From positions 1 to 40,933 of the forward strand of contig JAPUKF010000295.1 in the NCBI GenBank assembly GCA_027295805.1: 40,933 nt of DNA, written 5' to 3'. The translations under genes and the position numbers were made by a program. The notes under the pieces are model-generated. The model was not told where the DNA came from. It did not search any database and saw only the letters and a program-made list of their open reading frames with translations. The stretch comes from Acidobacteriota bacterium (GTDB lineage: Bacteria > Acidobacteriota > Polarisedimenticolia > SMYD01). How positions within the stretch are numbered: position 1 is the first letter of the stretch; each line of letters opens with the position of its first letter. Shown in pieces: positions 1-10,334 of the stretch.

Positions 1-1
1 G

Positions 2-163
2 GTGCCCATGGCGGAGATGCTCACCTACTCCCAGACGCTCAAATCGATCACCGGCGGCCGGGGCAGCTTTCACATGACCCTGGCTCACTACGAACAGGTC
101 CCGGCTCACATTCAGAAGAAGCTGGTGAGCGAGTTGAGCAAAGAAAAGGCGGGAGAGAGCTGA
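2..163 (+). CDS. fusA: Elongation factor G family protein, C-terminal fragment (gene begins upstream of the window; possibly an EF-G2-type paralog)
   Basis: Manual translation of frame 2: [42 protein letters not shown]...*, matching the EF-G domain V pattern; TGA at 161-163. It is not followed by tuf, which suggests a paralog. Confidence 0.8.
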   Translation: MPMAEMLTYSQTLKSITGGRGSFHMTLAHYEQVPAHIQKKLVSELSKEKAGES

Positions 164-164
164 G

Positions 165-1484
165 GTGGGTGATTCTCCACCGGTTCTCTGGATTGAAGAT
201 GCTGCCGGCCATATCGGCGAGATCGTCACTCTGCGCGGATGGGTGCACCAGAAGCGCTCCTCGGGGAAGATCCGCTTCCTGGTTCTGCGGGATGGAACCG
301 GCTATATCCAGGGCGTGGCCTCCGTCCAGGACCTGCCCGCAGCCGACTGGGAGAATCTCGACCGTCTCACCCAGGAATCGTCGGTGCGGGTCACGGGTGA
401 ACTGCGGGCCGACAAGCGCTCGGCCGGCGGCTGCGAGCTGACCCTGGCCCGGGTCGAGCCCCTGTCCATCGCACCCGAGTACCCCATCCAGCCCAAGGAA
501 CACGGACCGGAGTTTCTGCTGGACAATCGTCACCTCTGGCTGCGCTCTCGCCGGCAGCGTGCCATCATGCGGGTCCGCAGTGAAGTGGTCCGCGCCTGCC
601 GCGACTATTTTCTCACGCGGGGCTACACCCTCATCGATGCTCCCATTTTCACACCGGCCGCCTGCGAAGGAACCTCGACCCTCTTCGAGACCGACTACTT
701 CGGCCGGAAAGCGTATCTGACCCAGTCGGGGCAGCTCTATCTGGAACCTGCCTGCATGGCCCTGGGCAAGGTCTTCTGTTTCGGCCCCACCTTCCGCGCC
801 GAAAAATCCAAGACGCGCCGCCACCTCACCGAATTCTGGATGCTGGAGCCGGAAGTGGCTTTCATGGAACTGGACGGCCTTCTGGACCTGGCGGAGGACT
901 TCATTGCCACCATCATGGCCCGTGTCCTGGAATCCCGTGGCGAAGAACTGAAGACTCTGGAGCGGGACGTCAGCCGCCTTGAGAAAATAATTCCGCCGTT
1001 TCCGCGCATGCGCTACGACCAGGCGGCCCGCATCCTCGACGAAAAGTCAAATGAGAGGCCGGAGCTGGCCTTCACTTATGGCGATGATTTCGGCGCGCCC
1101 CACGAGGCCGCCCTGGTGGAAGACCAGGATAAGCCGCTCCTGGTGACCCACTACCCGACAGCGGTGAAGGCCTTCTACATGCAGCCGGCGGCGGACGACC
1201 CGGACAAGGCTCTCTGCGTGGATGTCCTGGCGCCGGACGGCTACGGCGAGATCATAGGCGGCTCCCAGCGCATCCATGACCTGGAGTTGCTGCAGACGCG
1301 CATCCGGGAACACGATCTACCCCAGGAGGCCTTCGACTGGTACCTGGATATCCGCCGCTACGGGAGCGTGCCCCACTCCGGCTTCGGCATGGGGCTTGAG
1401 AGATTCGTGGCCTGGGTGACCGGTATCCACCATCTGCGGGAGACCATCCCCTACCCGCGCATGATCCACCGCCTGACACCCTGA
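165..1484 (+). CDS. asnS: Asparagine--tRNA ligase
   Basis: OB-fold N-terminus (LRGWV..KRSSGKI.FL.LRDGTG), [58 protein letters not shown]. Confidence 0.96.
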   Translation: MGDSPPVLWIEDAAGHIGEIVTLRGWVHQKRSSGKIRFLVLRDGTGYIQGVASVQDLPAADWENLDRLTQESSVRVTGELRADKRSAGGCELTLARVEPLSIAPEYPIQPKEHGPEFLLDNRHLWLRSRRQRAIMRVRSEVVRACRDYFLTRGYTLIDAPIFTPAACEGTSTLFETDYFGRKAYLTQSGQLYLEPACMALGKVFCFGPTFRAEKSKTRRHLTEFWMLEPEVAFMELDGLLDLAEDFIATIMARVLESRGEELKTLERDVSRLEKIIPPFPRMRYDQAARILDEKSNERPELAFTYGDDFGAPHEAALVEDQDKPLLVTHYPTAVKAFYMQPAADDPDKALCVDVLAPDGYGEIIGGSQRIHDLELLQTRIREHDLPQEAFDWYLDIRRYGSVPHSGFGMGLERFVAWVTGIHHLRETIPYPRMIHRLTP

Positions 1485-1502
1485 TCCCCTGTCTTAGCCC
1501 GC

Positions 1503-2300
1503 TCACAGGGACAGGCCGGCCGCCGCCGCCGTATCCAGAAACCAGACGGCCCGCCGGGTTCGCCGCGCCAGGCGCGCCACGGGGAGCCGGCAGCCGTTCC
1601 CCTGCAACACCTGCCGCACCACACCGGCCTTGGCCTCTCCCTGCACCAGAAAGACCAGGCACCGGGCGGCATCCAGAACCGGCAGAGTCAGGGTCAGCCG
1701 GGCCACTTCCGGCGAGCCTCCGGCCGGCGTGGTGGGACCGTCGACAGGCACCACCCAGCGGCAACGTTCAGCCAGGGCCGGGGAACCGGGGAACAGGGAG
1801 GCCGTGTGGCCGTCCATGCCGAGGCCGAGAATGCAAAGGTGCACAACCGGCACGCCCAGGGAACGGGCCGGTGCAACCCTGTCCAGGGTGTGAGCATAGG
1901 CCGCGGCAAGTCTGCCGGCCGGGGGCAGAGGGTTCTCAGAGGAGGTATGCGCGTCCCCGCGCACGTCCGGGATCATGGGCAGCAGAGGCGGCCGCCCTCC
2001 CCACGCCCGCCTGATCATGGCCCCATTGCTGCGCGGGTCGCCGGCAGCCACAAGACGCTCGTCCACCTGCAGCAGAGCCAGCGAGGCCGCATCCGGCCGG
2101 TATCCGGCCAGGCAGCGGTAGGTCATCTCAGGGGTGATGCCCCCGGAGAGAGCCAGAACCGCCTGCCCATCCCGCGTGACGGCGGTGGCGATCCGATCAT
2201 CCAGGAAAGCTGCGGCGCGCCGGGCCAGAGCCACGGTACTTCCTGCCACCACGACAGTTTCGCCCGCCGCCGTGAGGCGCGCTCCCGGGGGCAGAGTCAT
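1503..2300 (-). CDS. pgl: 6-phosphogluconolactonase
   Basis: ALSGG.TP, VDER.V, SN, LGLGMDGHTASLFP and RLTLT motifs; last gene of the OPP operon; start overlaps the opcA stop. Confidence 0.92.
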   Translation of the reverse strand: MTLPPGARLTAAGETVVVAGSTVALARRAAAFLDDRIATAVTRDGQAVLALSGGITPEMTYRCLAGYRPDAASLALLQVDERLVAAGDPRSNGAMIRRAWGGRPPLLPMIPDVRGDAHTSSENPLPPAGRLAAAYAHTLDRVAPARSLGVPVVHLCILGLGMDGHTASLFPGSPALAERCRWVVPVDGPTTPAGGSPEVARLTLTLPVLDAARCLVFLVQGEAKAGVVRQVLQGNGCRLPVARLARRTRRAVWFLDTAAAAGLSL

Positions 2301-3487
2301 GGCCGGCGGTCACTGTTCCCGCCGCTGGCCAGCCGCCGCCACAGCTTCGCCAGTTCCCCGGCTCGCGCCAGTGCCGTGGCGAAGACCGGGTCGGCCTGGG
2401 GAAACTCCAGTTCCCGCGCCAGGAGCGCTGCTGTGCCGGTGACCCCGGGCTGTCCGGGCCATCTCCACAGGGGCTGGCCCGGCAGGCTCAATTCAGCCCA
2501 TGGCGCTTCTCCCGGCCCGATGCGGGCGGTGGCCGGCGGATGTTCATGGGCGCCCATGGCCAGCGAGAGGCTGGGATCGCCTTCCTCTCCCCGCTGCACC
2601 CTCACCTTCACCACGTGGGTTCCGGCATCCATTTCAAGACTCAGATCGTCGCCTGTGGCATGGACCGTTGCCGGACGCGTCCGCCAGCCCAGGCGTGCCG
2701 CCAGCCAGCCGGCCAGATAAAGGGCCTGCCCCCTTCCCGGATGTCCGGCCGCCGCGTTCCATCTCAGATCCAGACCTCGCACGGCGGTGAGAAGCGGCCG
2801 CTGGGCGGGTGGGTCGAAGAGAGCGGCCGTGGCTTCCCGCCAATGGGTCAGCCGCCGCCAGGCCAGGTCGCCCGCTGCAGCCCCGTCCCCGGCGCCACCG
2901 CTCCACGCCGCCAGGTCCACCAGGGTCTCCAGATCGTCGCCAACCGACGCCGTATCCAGAATCAAGCGGTCGGCCAGGTCGGCCAGTCGTCCCAGACGGT
3001 GACTGCCAAAAGGAGGCCGTCCGCGCCACCAGAGAAAAACCGGGAGGTCCTCCGCCAGCAGGGCAGCCAGGGTGCCATGCAGGTGGATCGCCGCCTCACC
3101 AGCGGCCATGAGGGTGATCTGCTCACAGCAGACCTGTCGTTCACTGCCGGCGGGACGCCGGCAAAAAGCGGAAAGAAAGGCCTGGAGATGCGACGACGGC
3201 GCCTGGGGACGGGCATCCACCCGGATGACACGGCAGGGATGCTCACTGGTGATGGCCGCCACCAGATCGGTCAATTCCCTGTCGTCCGGCTCGACATCCG
3301 GGGACCCATGGGATCCCTCCTGCACCCACGCCTTCTCGGACATGATGATCAGGTTCAGCACGCAGGCCCTCATCATGCCCCGGCCTCCGCCTCCCTCACC
3401 CGTGTCACGCCACAAGCGGCGGAGCTCCTCCTCCATGGCGGCCACATCCACGGCTCGGCCCGCCACCAGGGGAATGGGAGCGTTCAT
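2297..3487 (-). CDS. opcA: Glucose-6-phosphate dehydrogenase assembly/activator protein OpcA
   Basis: RACVLNL, HPCR, VCCEQI.L, LPVFLWWRG and DLAWRRL..WRE motifs; directly downstream of zwf. Start reassigned to ATG at 3487 (MNAPIPL). Confidence 0.88.
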   Translation of the reverse strand: MNAPIPLVAGRAVDVAAMEEELRRLWRDTGEGGGGRGMMRACVLNLIIMSEKAWVQEGSHGSPDVEPDDRELTDLVAAITSEHPCRVIRVDARPQAPSSHLQAFLSAFCRRPAGSERQVCCEQITLMAAGEAAIHLHGTLAALLAEDLPVFLWWRGRPPFGSHRLGRLADLADRLILDTASVGDDLETLVDLAAWSGGAGDGAAAGDLAWRRLTHWREATAALFDPPAQRPLLTAVRGLDLRWNAAAGHPGRGQALYLAGWLAARLGWRTRPATVHATGDDLSLEMDAGTHVVKVRVQRGEEGDPSLSLAMGAHEHPPATARIGPGEAPWAELSLPGQPLWRWPGQPGVTGTAALLARELEFPQADPVFATALARAGELAKLWRRLASGGNSDRRP

Positions 3488-3500
3488 GGGCAGCCCCGGC

Positions 3501-5045
3501 TCATATCCGCCGCCAGCGGCGACCGTCGGCCCGCAGCAGGTCATGGGCGGCGACCGGCCCCCAGGTTCCCGACTCGTAGAACTCCAGTCCTTCCTCGGGA
3601 GCATGATCCCACGCCTCCAGAACCGGCTGCAGCACACGCCAGGCTGCCTCGACCTCGTCGCGACGAGTGAAGAGGGTCGAGTCCCCCAGCATGCAGTCCA
3701 GCAGCAGGCGCTCGTAGGCGTTGGGCATTTCCAGCAGACCGAAGGAACTGCCATAGCTGAAGTCCATGTCCACCGGCCGCATGCGCAGACTCATACCCGG
3801 GCGCTTGACTTCGAAGCGCAAGGCAATCCCTTCATCGGGCTGAATCCGCAGGGAGATGACATTGGGCACCAGATCGGCGCGGGCTTCACCTCCGAAGAGA
3901 AGATGAGGCACCTGGCGGTAGACCACGGCGATCTCGCTGGTCTTGCGCGCCAGCCGCTTGCCTGAGCGCAGATAGAACGGCACTCCCTGCCAGCGCCAGT
4001 TATCCACGTGCAATTTGAGGGCCGCATAGGTCGGCGTCACCGATTTCCGCTGGACGCCATCCTCATGGCGATAGGCCCCGGCCGGACGCCCCAGCACCTG
4101 ACCGGCGGCATACTGGCCCCGGACGGCGTGCACCCGGTGCGCCCCCGCGTCCAGAGAGCGCACGGCGCGCAGGACTTTCACCTTCTCATCCCGCACCGCA
4201 TCGGCTTCGAAGGCAACCGGCGCTTCCATGGCCACCAGGCAGAGAAGCTGCAGGAGATGATTCTGGAACATATCCCGCAGGACGCCCGCCTCCTCGTAGT
4301 ACCCACCCCGATCCCCGATGCCGATATCTTCCGCCACGCTGATCTGCACGTGGTCGATGAACTGGCGATTCCAGGTCGGTTCCAGAAACGCATTGGCGAA
4401 GCGGAACACCAGGAGGTTCTGAACAGTCTCTTTGCCCAGGTAGTGATCAATCCGGTAGACCTGCGACTCGTGGAAAACCCGGTTGACATCCCGGTTCAGA
4501 GTCTGGGCGGTGGCCAGGTCCCGGCCGAACGGCTTTTCGATGATGACGCGTGTCCAGCAACGGTCGCCGGAGTCGAGTCCCGCTTCACCCAGCCCGCCGA
4601 TGATGGGCGGATACAGACTGGGTGGCATGGCCAGGTAGAAGACATGGTTACCATCGGTCCCACGGATCTGGTCCAGGTCCGTGAGACGGCGAGCCAGTCC
4701 GCCGTAGGCGTCGGCGCTCCCCAGGTCGGTACACTGGTACATCAGGCCGGCGGCGAAAGCATCCCACTGGGCTCCGGCAGCCAGTTCCCGGTCGGCGAAT
4801 TCGGCGACAGCTTCCTGCATGATCTGGCGAAATCGTTCATCGGACCAGGCGGTGCGGCCGACGCCCAGCACGGTGAATCCGGGCGGCAGGAGACGGCGGG
4901 CGTGGAGGCTCGCCAGAGCCGGCATGAGCTTGCGGCGGGTCAGATCGCCGGAGGCACCGAAGATGATCATGACGCAGGGTTCAGCGATGCGCTCCCGGCG
5001 CATGCCGAGACGCAGTGGGTTTTCACCAGCCGGCGGTTCCCTCAC
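3501..5045 (-). CDS. zwf: Glucose-6-phosphate 1-dehydrogenase
   Basis: IFGASGDL.RRKL.P, EKPFG, RIDHYLGKE, DMFQNH, RWQGVPFYLRSGK. Start is probably GTG at 5045 (GGGGAG upstream); ATG at 5081 is an alternative. Confidence 0.95.
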   Translation of the reverse strand: MREPPAGENPLRLGMRRERIAEPCVMIIFGASGDLTRRKLMPALASLHARRLLPPGFTVLGVGRTAWSDERFRQIMQEAVAEFADRELAAGAQWDAFAAGLMYQCTDLGSADAYGGLARRLTDLDQIRGTDGNHVFYLAMPPSLYPPIIGGLGEAGLDSGDRCWTRVIIEKPFGRDLATAQTLNRDVNRVFHESQVYRIDHYLGKETVQNLLVFRFANAFLEPTWNRQFIDHVQISVAEDIGIGDRGGYYEEAGVLRDMFQNHLLQLLCLVAMEAPVAFEADAVRDEKVKVLRAVRSLDAGAHRVHAVRGQYAAGQVLGRPAGAYRHEDGVQRKSVTPTYAALKLHVDNWRWQGVPFYLRSGKRLARKTSEIAVVYRQVPHLLFGGEARADLVPNVISLRIQPDEGIALRFEVKRPGMSLRMRPVDMDFSYGSSFGLLEMPNAYERLLLDCMLGDSTLFTRRDEVEAAWRVLQPVLEAWDHAPEEGLEFYESGTWGPVAAHDLLRADGRRWRRI

Positions 5046-5049
5046 GGGC

Positions 5050-5961
5050 TCAGGCTTTCTCCCCGCCGGATCGGGTGCCATGGCCACCGAACTCATCGCG
5101 CAATGCCGCCACCAGGCGCAGAGAAAACGCATCATGGCGGCGCGAGGCGAAGCGGGCGAACAGGGCTTGAGTGATGGCCGGCGCCGCCACAGAGCGCTCG
5201 ATGGCTTCCTCCACCGTCCAGCGACCCTCACCCGAGTCGGCGACCCAGGCCTCGATGCCGGCCAGGTCAGGGTTCTTGTCCAATGCTGCGGCCACCAGGT
5301 CCAGGAGCCAGGAGCGGATCACGGATCCTTTTCCCCAAAGCTTTGCCACCCCGGGCAAATCCAGCGGGAACGGCCCCTCTTTGAGCAGTTCAAACCCTTC
5401 TCCGTAGGCCTGCATCATGGCGTACTCGATGCCGTTGTGAACCATCTTGGTGTAATGGCCTGCTCCCACAGGTCCCACATGGGCATATCCTGCAGGTGGC
5501 GCCAGCGTCCTGAGGATCGGCTCCACCTGATGGTAAGCCTCCCTGGAGCCCCCCACCATGAGGCAATACCCCTCTTCCAGGCCCCAGATGCCACCTGAGG
5601 TGCCTGCGTCCAGCAGGTGAATCCCCTTTCGCGCCAGCATCCCGGCGCGGGTCAGCGTGTCCTTGTACCGGGAGTTGCCGCCGTCCAGGACAATATCCCC
5701 CTTCTGAAGCCTCTCACTCAGTTTTTCCAGGGTGAGCTGGGTGGGCTCTCCGGCCGGCACCATGACCCAGACGATGCGAGGGCCGTCCAGCTGGCTGCAC
5801 AGGTCGTCCAGATCCGCCGCCGCAACAGCGCCCGTCTCGCCGGAGACAGTCGCCACCTGCCCGGCGTCAAGATCCCACACCACCACCTGGTGATGGTCGC
5901 GGCGCAAGCGCTTCACCATGTTGGCGCCCATCTTGCCCAGACCGACCAGACCCAGTTTCAT
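5050..5961 (-). CDS. gnd: 6-phosphogluconate dehydrogenase, decarboxylating (short type, about 300 aa)
   Basis: GLGKMG, VWVMVPAG, DGGNS, DAGTSGG, KMVHNGIEY, DSGEGRW, LR..FGGH. Start ATG at 5961 with AGGGGAG SD. Confidence 0.94.
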   Translation of the reverse strand: MKLGLVGLGKMGANMVKRLRRDHHQVVVWDLDAGQVATVSGETGAVAAADLDDLCSQLDGPRIVWVMVPAGEPTQLTLEKLSERLQKGDIVLDGGNSRYKDTLTRAGMLARKGIHLLDAGTSGGIWGLEEGYCLMVGGSREAYHQVEPILRTLAPPAGYAHVGPVGAGHYTKMVHNGIEYAMMQAYGEGFELLKEGPFPLDLPGVAKLWGKGSVIRSWLLDLVAAALDKNPDLAGIEAWVADSGEGRWTVEEAIERSVAAPAITQALFARFASRRHDAFSLRLVAALRDEFGGHGTRSGGEKA

Positions 5962-5971
5962 GGCTCCCCTT

Positions 5972-7981
5972 TCAGCCCAGCAGTTCCCGCGCCCGGGAGA
6001 CGATCCTGCCCGGGACGAACCCGAACTTCTCGAACAGCACGGGCCCCGGCGCCGACGCCCCGAACCGGTCGAGAGTGACACAGGCACCGGCCCATCCGAC
6101 CCAGCGATCCCATCCCAGGGATGCGCCCGCCTCCACCGCCAAGCGTGCCGTCACAGCAGAGGGCAGGACTTCCTCCCGGTACGACTCGGGCTGCCCGGCG
6201 AACAGCTCCCAGCAGGGAAACGACACGACGCGGGTGGGAATTCCATCACCCTGCAACAGATCACGGGCGGCCAGGACCAGGGTGACTTCGGAGCCCGAGG
6301 CCATGAGAATCAGATCCGGGCTGCCACCCTCAGCCTCGGCGAGAATATAGGCGCCGCGAGCCAGCCCGCCTGCGGGCGTCGATCCTTCGCCCTCCAGGAG
6401 AGGAAGTTTCTGGCGGCTCAGAACCAGGGCGGTGGGACCGTCCCGGCGGGTGAGAGCCACCCGCCAGGCGGCTGCCGTCTCATTGGCATCGGCGGGGCGG
6501 ATGACATGGAGATTGGGCATGGCGCGCAGGGAGGCCAGGTGTTCCACCGGCTGGTGGGTGGGGCCGTCCTCCCCCAGCCCGATGGAATCATGGGTGAACA
6601 CCCAGATCGCAGGCAAGCGGCTGAGCGCCGCCAGCCTGATGGCGGGGCGGGCGTAATCGGAGAAGATGAGGAAGGTTGCCGCGAAGGGGCGGAGGCCGCC
6701 ATGCAGGTTCATCCCGTTCATGAGAGCGCCCATGGCGTGTTCCCTGACCCCGAAATGCAGAATGCGGCCACCGTACTCTCCCGCCGCCACGTCCGAACTG
6801 TCGGGGATATGGGTGTTATTGGACCCTGCCAGGTCGGCGGAGCCACCGACCAGTTCCGGGAGCGCCGGTGCCAGAGCGGCAAGAACCTTGCCCGAGGCGG
6901 CGCGGGTGGCGAGGTCACCCGTCTCCCTGGTAAAGACAGGCAGGTGGTCTTCCCAGCCGGCCGGCAGGTCGGAGGCCTGGCGGCGGTCCCATTCGGAAGC
7001 GGCGGGGGGGTCATGCTGCCGCATCTCCTCCATCCTGGTCTGCCAGGCGGCATGCAACGTCGCACCGGCCGCCGCCCGTTCCGTGAGGGGTGCGGCGGCG
7101 CCCTCTGGAACCAGGAACTGAGCCTGGGGATCCCAGCCGTACGCTTCCTTGGTGGCGCGCACTTCTTCTTCTCCCAGGGGCGCACCATGAGCAGATGACG
7201 TGCCCTCCTTGGCCGGTGAACCGAACCCGATGCGGGTGCGGGCTGCGATCAAGCTGGGGCGGTCGCTCTCGGCCACGGCAGCTTCCAGCGCAGTGGCCAC
7301 GGCATACGGGTCCATACCGTCCACGGCCTGCACATGCCATCCCAGAGCGGCGTAGCGCGCCATCACATCCTCGCTGAAGCTGAGATGGGTCGGGCCGTCG
7401 ATGGTGATTTTATTATCGTCGTAGATGACACAAAGGCGATCCAGTCCCAGGTGGCCTGCCAGCGAGGAAGCCTCGGCGCCAACTCCCTCCATGAGGTCGC
7501 CGTCGGAAACCAGCACCCAGGTGCGATGATCCACGACTTGCCGGTTGCGACCGTTGAAGCGGGAAGCGAGCATGCGCTCGCCCAGGGCCATCCCCACGGC
7601 ATTGCCCAATCCCTGCCCCAGGGGACCGGTGGTCGCCTCCACGCCGGGAGTCTCTCCGCGCTCCGGATGTCCCGGAGTCCGTGACCCCCACTGGCGGAAG
7701 TTCTTCAGGTCATCCAGGCTGAGGTCATATCCGGAGAGGTGGAGCAACCCGTACAGCAACAGGGAGGCATGCCCGCAACTCAGCACGAATCGATCCCGAT
7801 CCGGCCAGTGCGGGTGCCTGGGGTCGAATTTCAGGAACCGCGACCACAACACTTGCCCGACCACCGCCAGGCCCATGGGTGCGCCGGGATGTCCCGAGTT
7901 GGCTTTCTGGACCGCGTCCATGGCCAGAGTGCGAAGAGTCTTGATGCACAGTTCATCGGTGTCCGTGAAGGTGAAGGCCAT
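5972..7981 (-). CDS. tkt: Transketolase
   Basis: [31 protein letters not shown] (TPP binding), [16 protein letters not shown]. Start ATG at 7981. Confidence 0.96.
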   Translation of the reverse strand: MAFTFTDTDELCIKTLRTLAMDAVQKANSGHPGAPMGLAVVGQVLWSRFLKFDPRHPHWPDRDRFVLSCGHASLLLYGLLHLSGYDLSLDDLKNFRQWGSRTPGHPERGETPGVEATTGPLGQGLGNAVGMALGERMLASRFNGRNRQVVDHRTWVLVSDGDLMEGVGAEASSLAGHLGLDRLCVIYDDNKITIDGPTHLSFSEDVMARYAALGWHVQAVDGMDPYAVATALEAAVAESDRPSLIAARTRIGFGSPAKEGTSSAHGAPLGEEEVRATKEAYGWDPQAQFLVPEGAAAPLTERAAAGATLHAAWQTRMEEMRQHDPPAASEWDRRQASDLPAGWEDHLPVFTRETGDLATRAASGKVLAALAPALPELVGGSADLAGSNNTHIPDSSDVAAGEYGGRILHFGVREHAMGALMNGMNLHGGLRPFAATFLIFSDYARPAIRLAALSRLPAIWVFTHDSIGLGEDGPTHQPVEHLASLRAMPNLHVIRPADANETAAAWRVALTRRDGPTALVLSRQKLPLLEGEGSTPAGGLARGAYILAEAEGGSPDLILMASGSEVTLVLAARDLLQGDGIPTRVVSFPCWELFAGQPESYREEVLPSAVTARLAVEAGASLGWDRWVGWAGACVTLDRFGASAPGPVLFEKFGFVPGRIVSRARELLG

Positions 7982-7985
7982 GACC

Positions 7986-8567
7986 TCAGGTGTCTCCCTT
8001 GGTGGTCTCAAGATTCCACGAAATCAGATACTCGCACACCGCGTCTCCCCTTGCCCGGCAGCGAGGGTGGTCGATGGCCACATCCCGGCCGTCGCACATC
8101 TCCACGGCGCGCTCATGCCATCCCATCACGGTCCGACAATCGCCCTCGGAGAAGACCTCACTGTCGGAAGTGACCAGGCGGCAGGCGTGTTCCCCCGTCT
8201 TCTCATAGGTGCGGGAGCCGGTGTCGTAATAGAGCCGATAGATGGACGGCGCTCGCGACAGCAGGTGATGGGGATCGCCCGCGCGCACAAAAACCTGGTG
8301 CACGCCGGCGAGGTTGTAGGTGGCCGACCGCCGCCCCAGTTCCATGAAAGTGGAACGCCCGTCTTCCCCGAGAACCTGGAGAATGGCCTTCTCCAGGCGT
8401 TCTCCCAGGGCAAAGGGATACCACTGGGCGGGCAGCAGCCCGCGCTCGAGAGTGTGCCGGTCCTCCTCGGGGAGGATCCCCAGGACCAGGTCCAGTCGCT
8501 CACGCCCGAACTTTTTCTCGACAAAGTCCACGCGCGAGCGCAATACGCTTCCCTTGACGTTGGCCAT
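7986..8567 (-). CDS. TIGR02265/DUF2378-like protein with V4R-like C-terminus
   Basis: [11 protein letters not shown] start, WYPF motif, Y..YYD.G, C..V.GW, and C-terminal [14 protein letters not shown] resembling V4R. Family recognised from memory, not searched. Confidence 0.6.
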   Translation of the reverse strand: MANVKGSVLRSRVDFVEKKFGRERLDLVLGILPEEDRHTLERGLLPAQWYPFALGERLEKAILQVLGEDGRSTFMELGRRSATYNLAGVHQVFVRAGDPHHLLSRAPSIYRLYYDTGSRTYEKTGEHACRLVTSDSEVFSEGDCRTVMGWHERAVEMCDGRDVAIDHPRCRARGDAVCEYLISWNLETTKGDT

Positions 8568-8671
8568 GATGACCTCGCTGGAGGCAGACAGCCGAACGGG
8601 CGGCAAAACCCCCGTGGGCGGCACCTTACCGGGATCCCGGCGGGCCGGTCAAGCGTTCGGGCCAAAGCCGC

Positions 8672-8680
8672 TGCTATCAT
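8672..8680 (+). promoter_or_regulatory. Putative extended -10 promoter (TGcTATCAT) for the NUDIX-rimO-ribF operon
   Basis: Lies in the divergent intergenic gap about 55 nt upstream of the TTG start; no clear -35. Confidence 0.35.
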
Positions 8681-8736
8681 GCGCCAGCGCACGGGCAGGC
8701 TTCCCTTCCGGCGCCGCCCCCTCCGGGAGACGCACC

Positions 8737-9312
8737 TTGCCATCTGAAAAGACAGCCAGAAGCGGGAAAGGCCGCCTGGTCCACAGCCGGCCGGTCCACC
8801 GGGGCCGTGTTGTGGAGGTCGCCGTGGACCGGGTCGAACTCCCCAACGGCCATCAGGTGGACCTGGATATGGTGCGTCACCCCGGCGCCGCAGCAGTGGT
8901 GCCGTTCATCAGTGAGACCGACATCCTTCTGGTTCGCCAGTACCGCTGGGCTGCAGGCGGCTTCATCTACGAAATTCCCGCCGGGAAGCTGGATCACAAG
9001 GGGGAAGAGCCACTGGCCTGCGCCCGCCGTGAGTTGCTGGAAGAGGTGGGCCAGCACGCCACTTCCCTCCAGTCCCTGGGATCCATCGTCACCGCTCCGG
9101 GTTTCACGGACGAAGTGATCCATCTGTTCCTGGCAACCGGCCTGCAAGCAGGCCGGCAGAACCTGGAGAAGGATGAAGTCCTGGAGATCGTCCGCCTACC
9201 GTTCGACCAGGCCCTGGACTGGGCCCTGGCCGGACGTATTCGCGACGCCAAGACTCTCTGCGGTCTCTTCCGGGCCGATCTTTTTCGCCACCAGCGCGGG
9301 GAGGCCGGGTGA
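8737..9312 (+). CDS. NUDIX hydrolase (ADP-ribose pyrophosphatase-like)
   Basis: HPGA, VRQYR, Nudix box EIPAGKLD..GEEPLACARRELLEEVG, PGFTDE, I.DAKT. TTG start at 8737 after GGGAG. Confidence 0.9.
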   Translation: MPSEKTARSGKGRLVHSRPVHRGRVVEVAVDRVELPNGHQVDLDMVRHPGAAAVVPFISETDILLVRQYRWAAGGFIYEIPAGKLDHKGEEPLACARRELLEEVGQHATSLQSLGSIVTAPGFTDEVIHLFLATGLQAGRQNLEKDEVLEIVRLPFDQALDWALAGRIRDAKTLCGLFRADLFRHQRGEAG

Positions 9313-10334
9313 ACATCACACTGCCTCTCTTCCGTCCATTCCCCCTCTTGCAGGGGTCGGCGGCCCAGACCATCAGCGGCGCTCTGCTGCCCGGCCCGGC
9401 CAGAAGTTCGCTGCCGGCAGGCGAGACCTTCACGGTCGAGGTTGAGCCGGGCGAGCGGGTGCTGCTGGAACGCACCGCGGCTAAAGGTCCGCCCCGGGGA
9501 CGCCTGGTGCTGTTTCATGGACTGGGCGGCTGCGCCGACTCCCGCTACCTGCGGCGCACTCTGCTGGCCGCCCATGCCCGCGGCTGGGAGGTGGCCAGGG
9601 TCAACGCTCGCGGGGCAAACGGCCATCACCACCTGGCCCGGCGGCTGCCTCATGCCGGGCGCTGGCCCGATCTGGCCCCGATTCTGGCGGCTGACATCTG
9701 GACACCGGCCGCCAGGCACACTCCCATGGCAGCGGTGGGTTTCTCCCTGGGGGGATCCATTCTCCTGCGTCACCTGGGTGAGACCGGCGTGGGTTCAGGG
9801 CTGGATGTCGCCATCGCCGTCAACCCGCCCACGGATCTGACACGGTCCATCGTCGAACTCGAGAAGCCCGCCAACCGGCTGTATCAGGCCTACTACGTGC
9901 GCGGGCTCGCGTCCGGGCTGCGCCGCCGGGCACGGCTCTATCCGGATCTCTACAAGCGCCCCGACCCCCGCCGCCACAGCACTGTCCGCGCCATCGATGA
10001 AGACTACATCGCTCCCGACGCCGGCTATCCCTCGGCGTACGCCTACTGGGTCGGGTCATCCGCCGTCCGCGCCCTCGACGGCGTGCGCACTCCCACCCTG
10101 GTCCTCTCCTCCCAGGACGACCCGTTCGTGCCGGCGGACATGCTGCGCCGGGACATCCAGGGACGGCCCTTTCTGCAACTGGCACTGGTGCCTCAGGGCG
10201 GCCACATGGGCTACCTGGCATGGTCCCGGGGACGCCTTCGCTTCTGGGCCGCCGACACGGCTCTCCATGTGCTGGAAGAACACCTGCGCAAGAGACATAT
10301 CCTCAGGCGGAAAACCGTTTCGGTGACGGGGTGA
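9309..10334 (+). CDS. YheT-family alpha/beta hydrolase
   Basis: HGLGG..S.Y, GFSLGG nucleophile elbow, DDPF and GGHMG (Ser-Asp-His triad). Confidence 0.87.
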   Translation: MNITLPLFRPFPLLQGSAAQTISGALLPGPARSSLPAGETFTVEVEPGERVLLERTAAKGPPRGRLVLFHGLGGCADSRYLRRTLLAAHARGWEVARVNARGANGHHHLARRLPHAGRWPDLAPILAADIWTPAARHTPMAAVGFSLGGSILLRHLGETGVGSGLDVAIAVNPPTDLTRSIVELEKPANRLYQAYYVRGLASGLRRRARLYPDLYKRPDPRRHSTVRAIDEDYIAPDAGYPSAYAYWVGSSAVRALDGVRTPTLVLSSQDDPFVPADMLRRDIQGRPFLQLALVPQGGHMGYLAWSRGRLRFWAADTALHVLEEHLRKRHILRRKTVSVTG

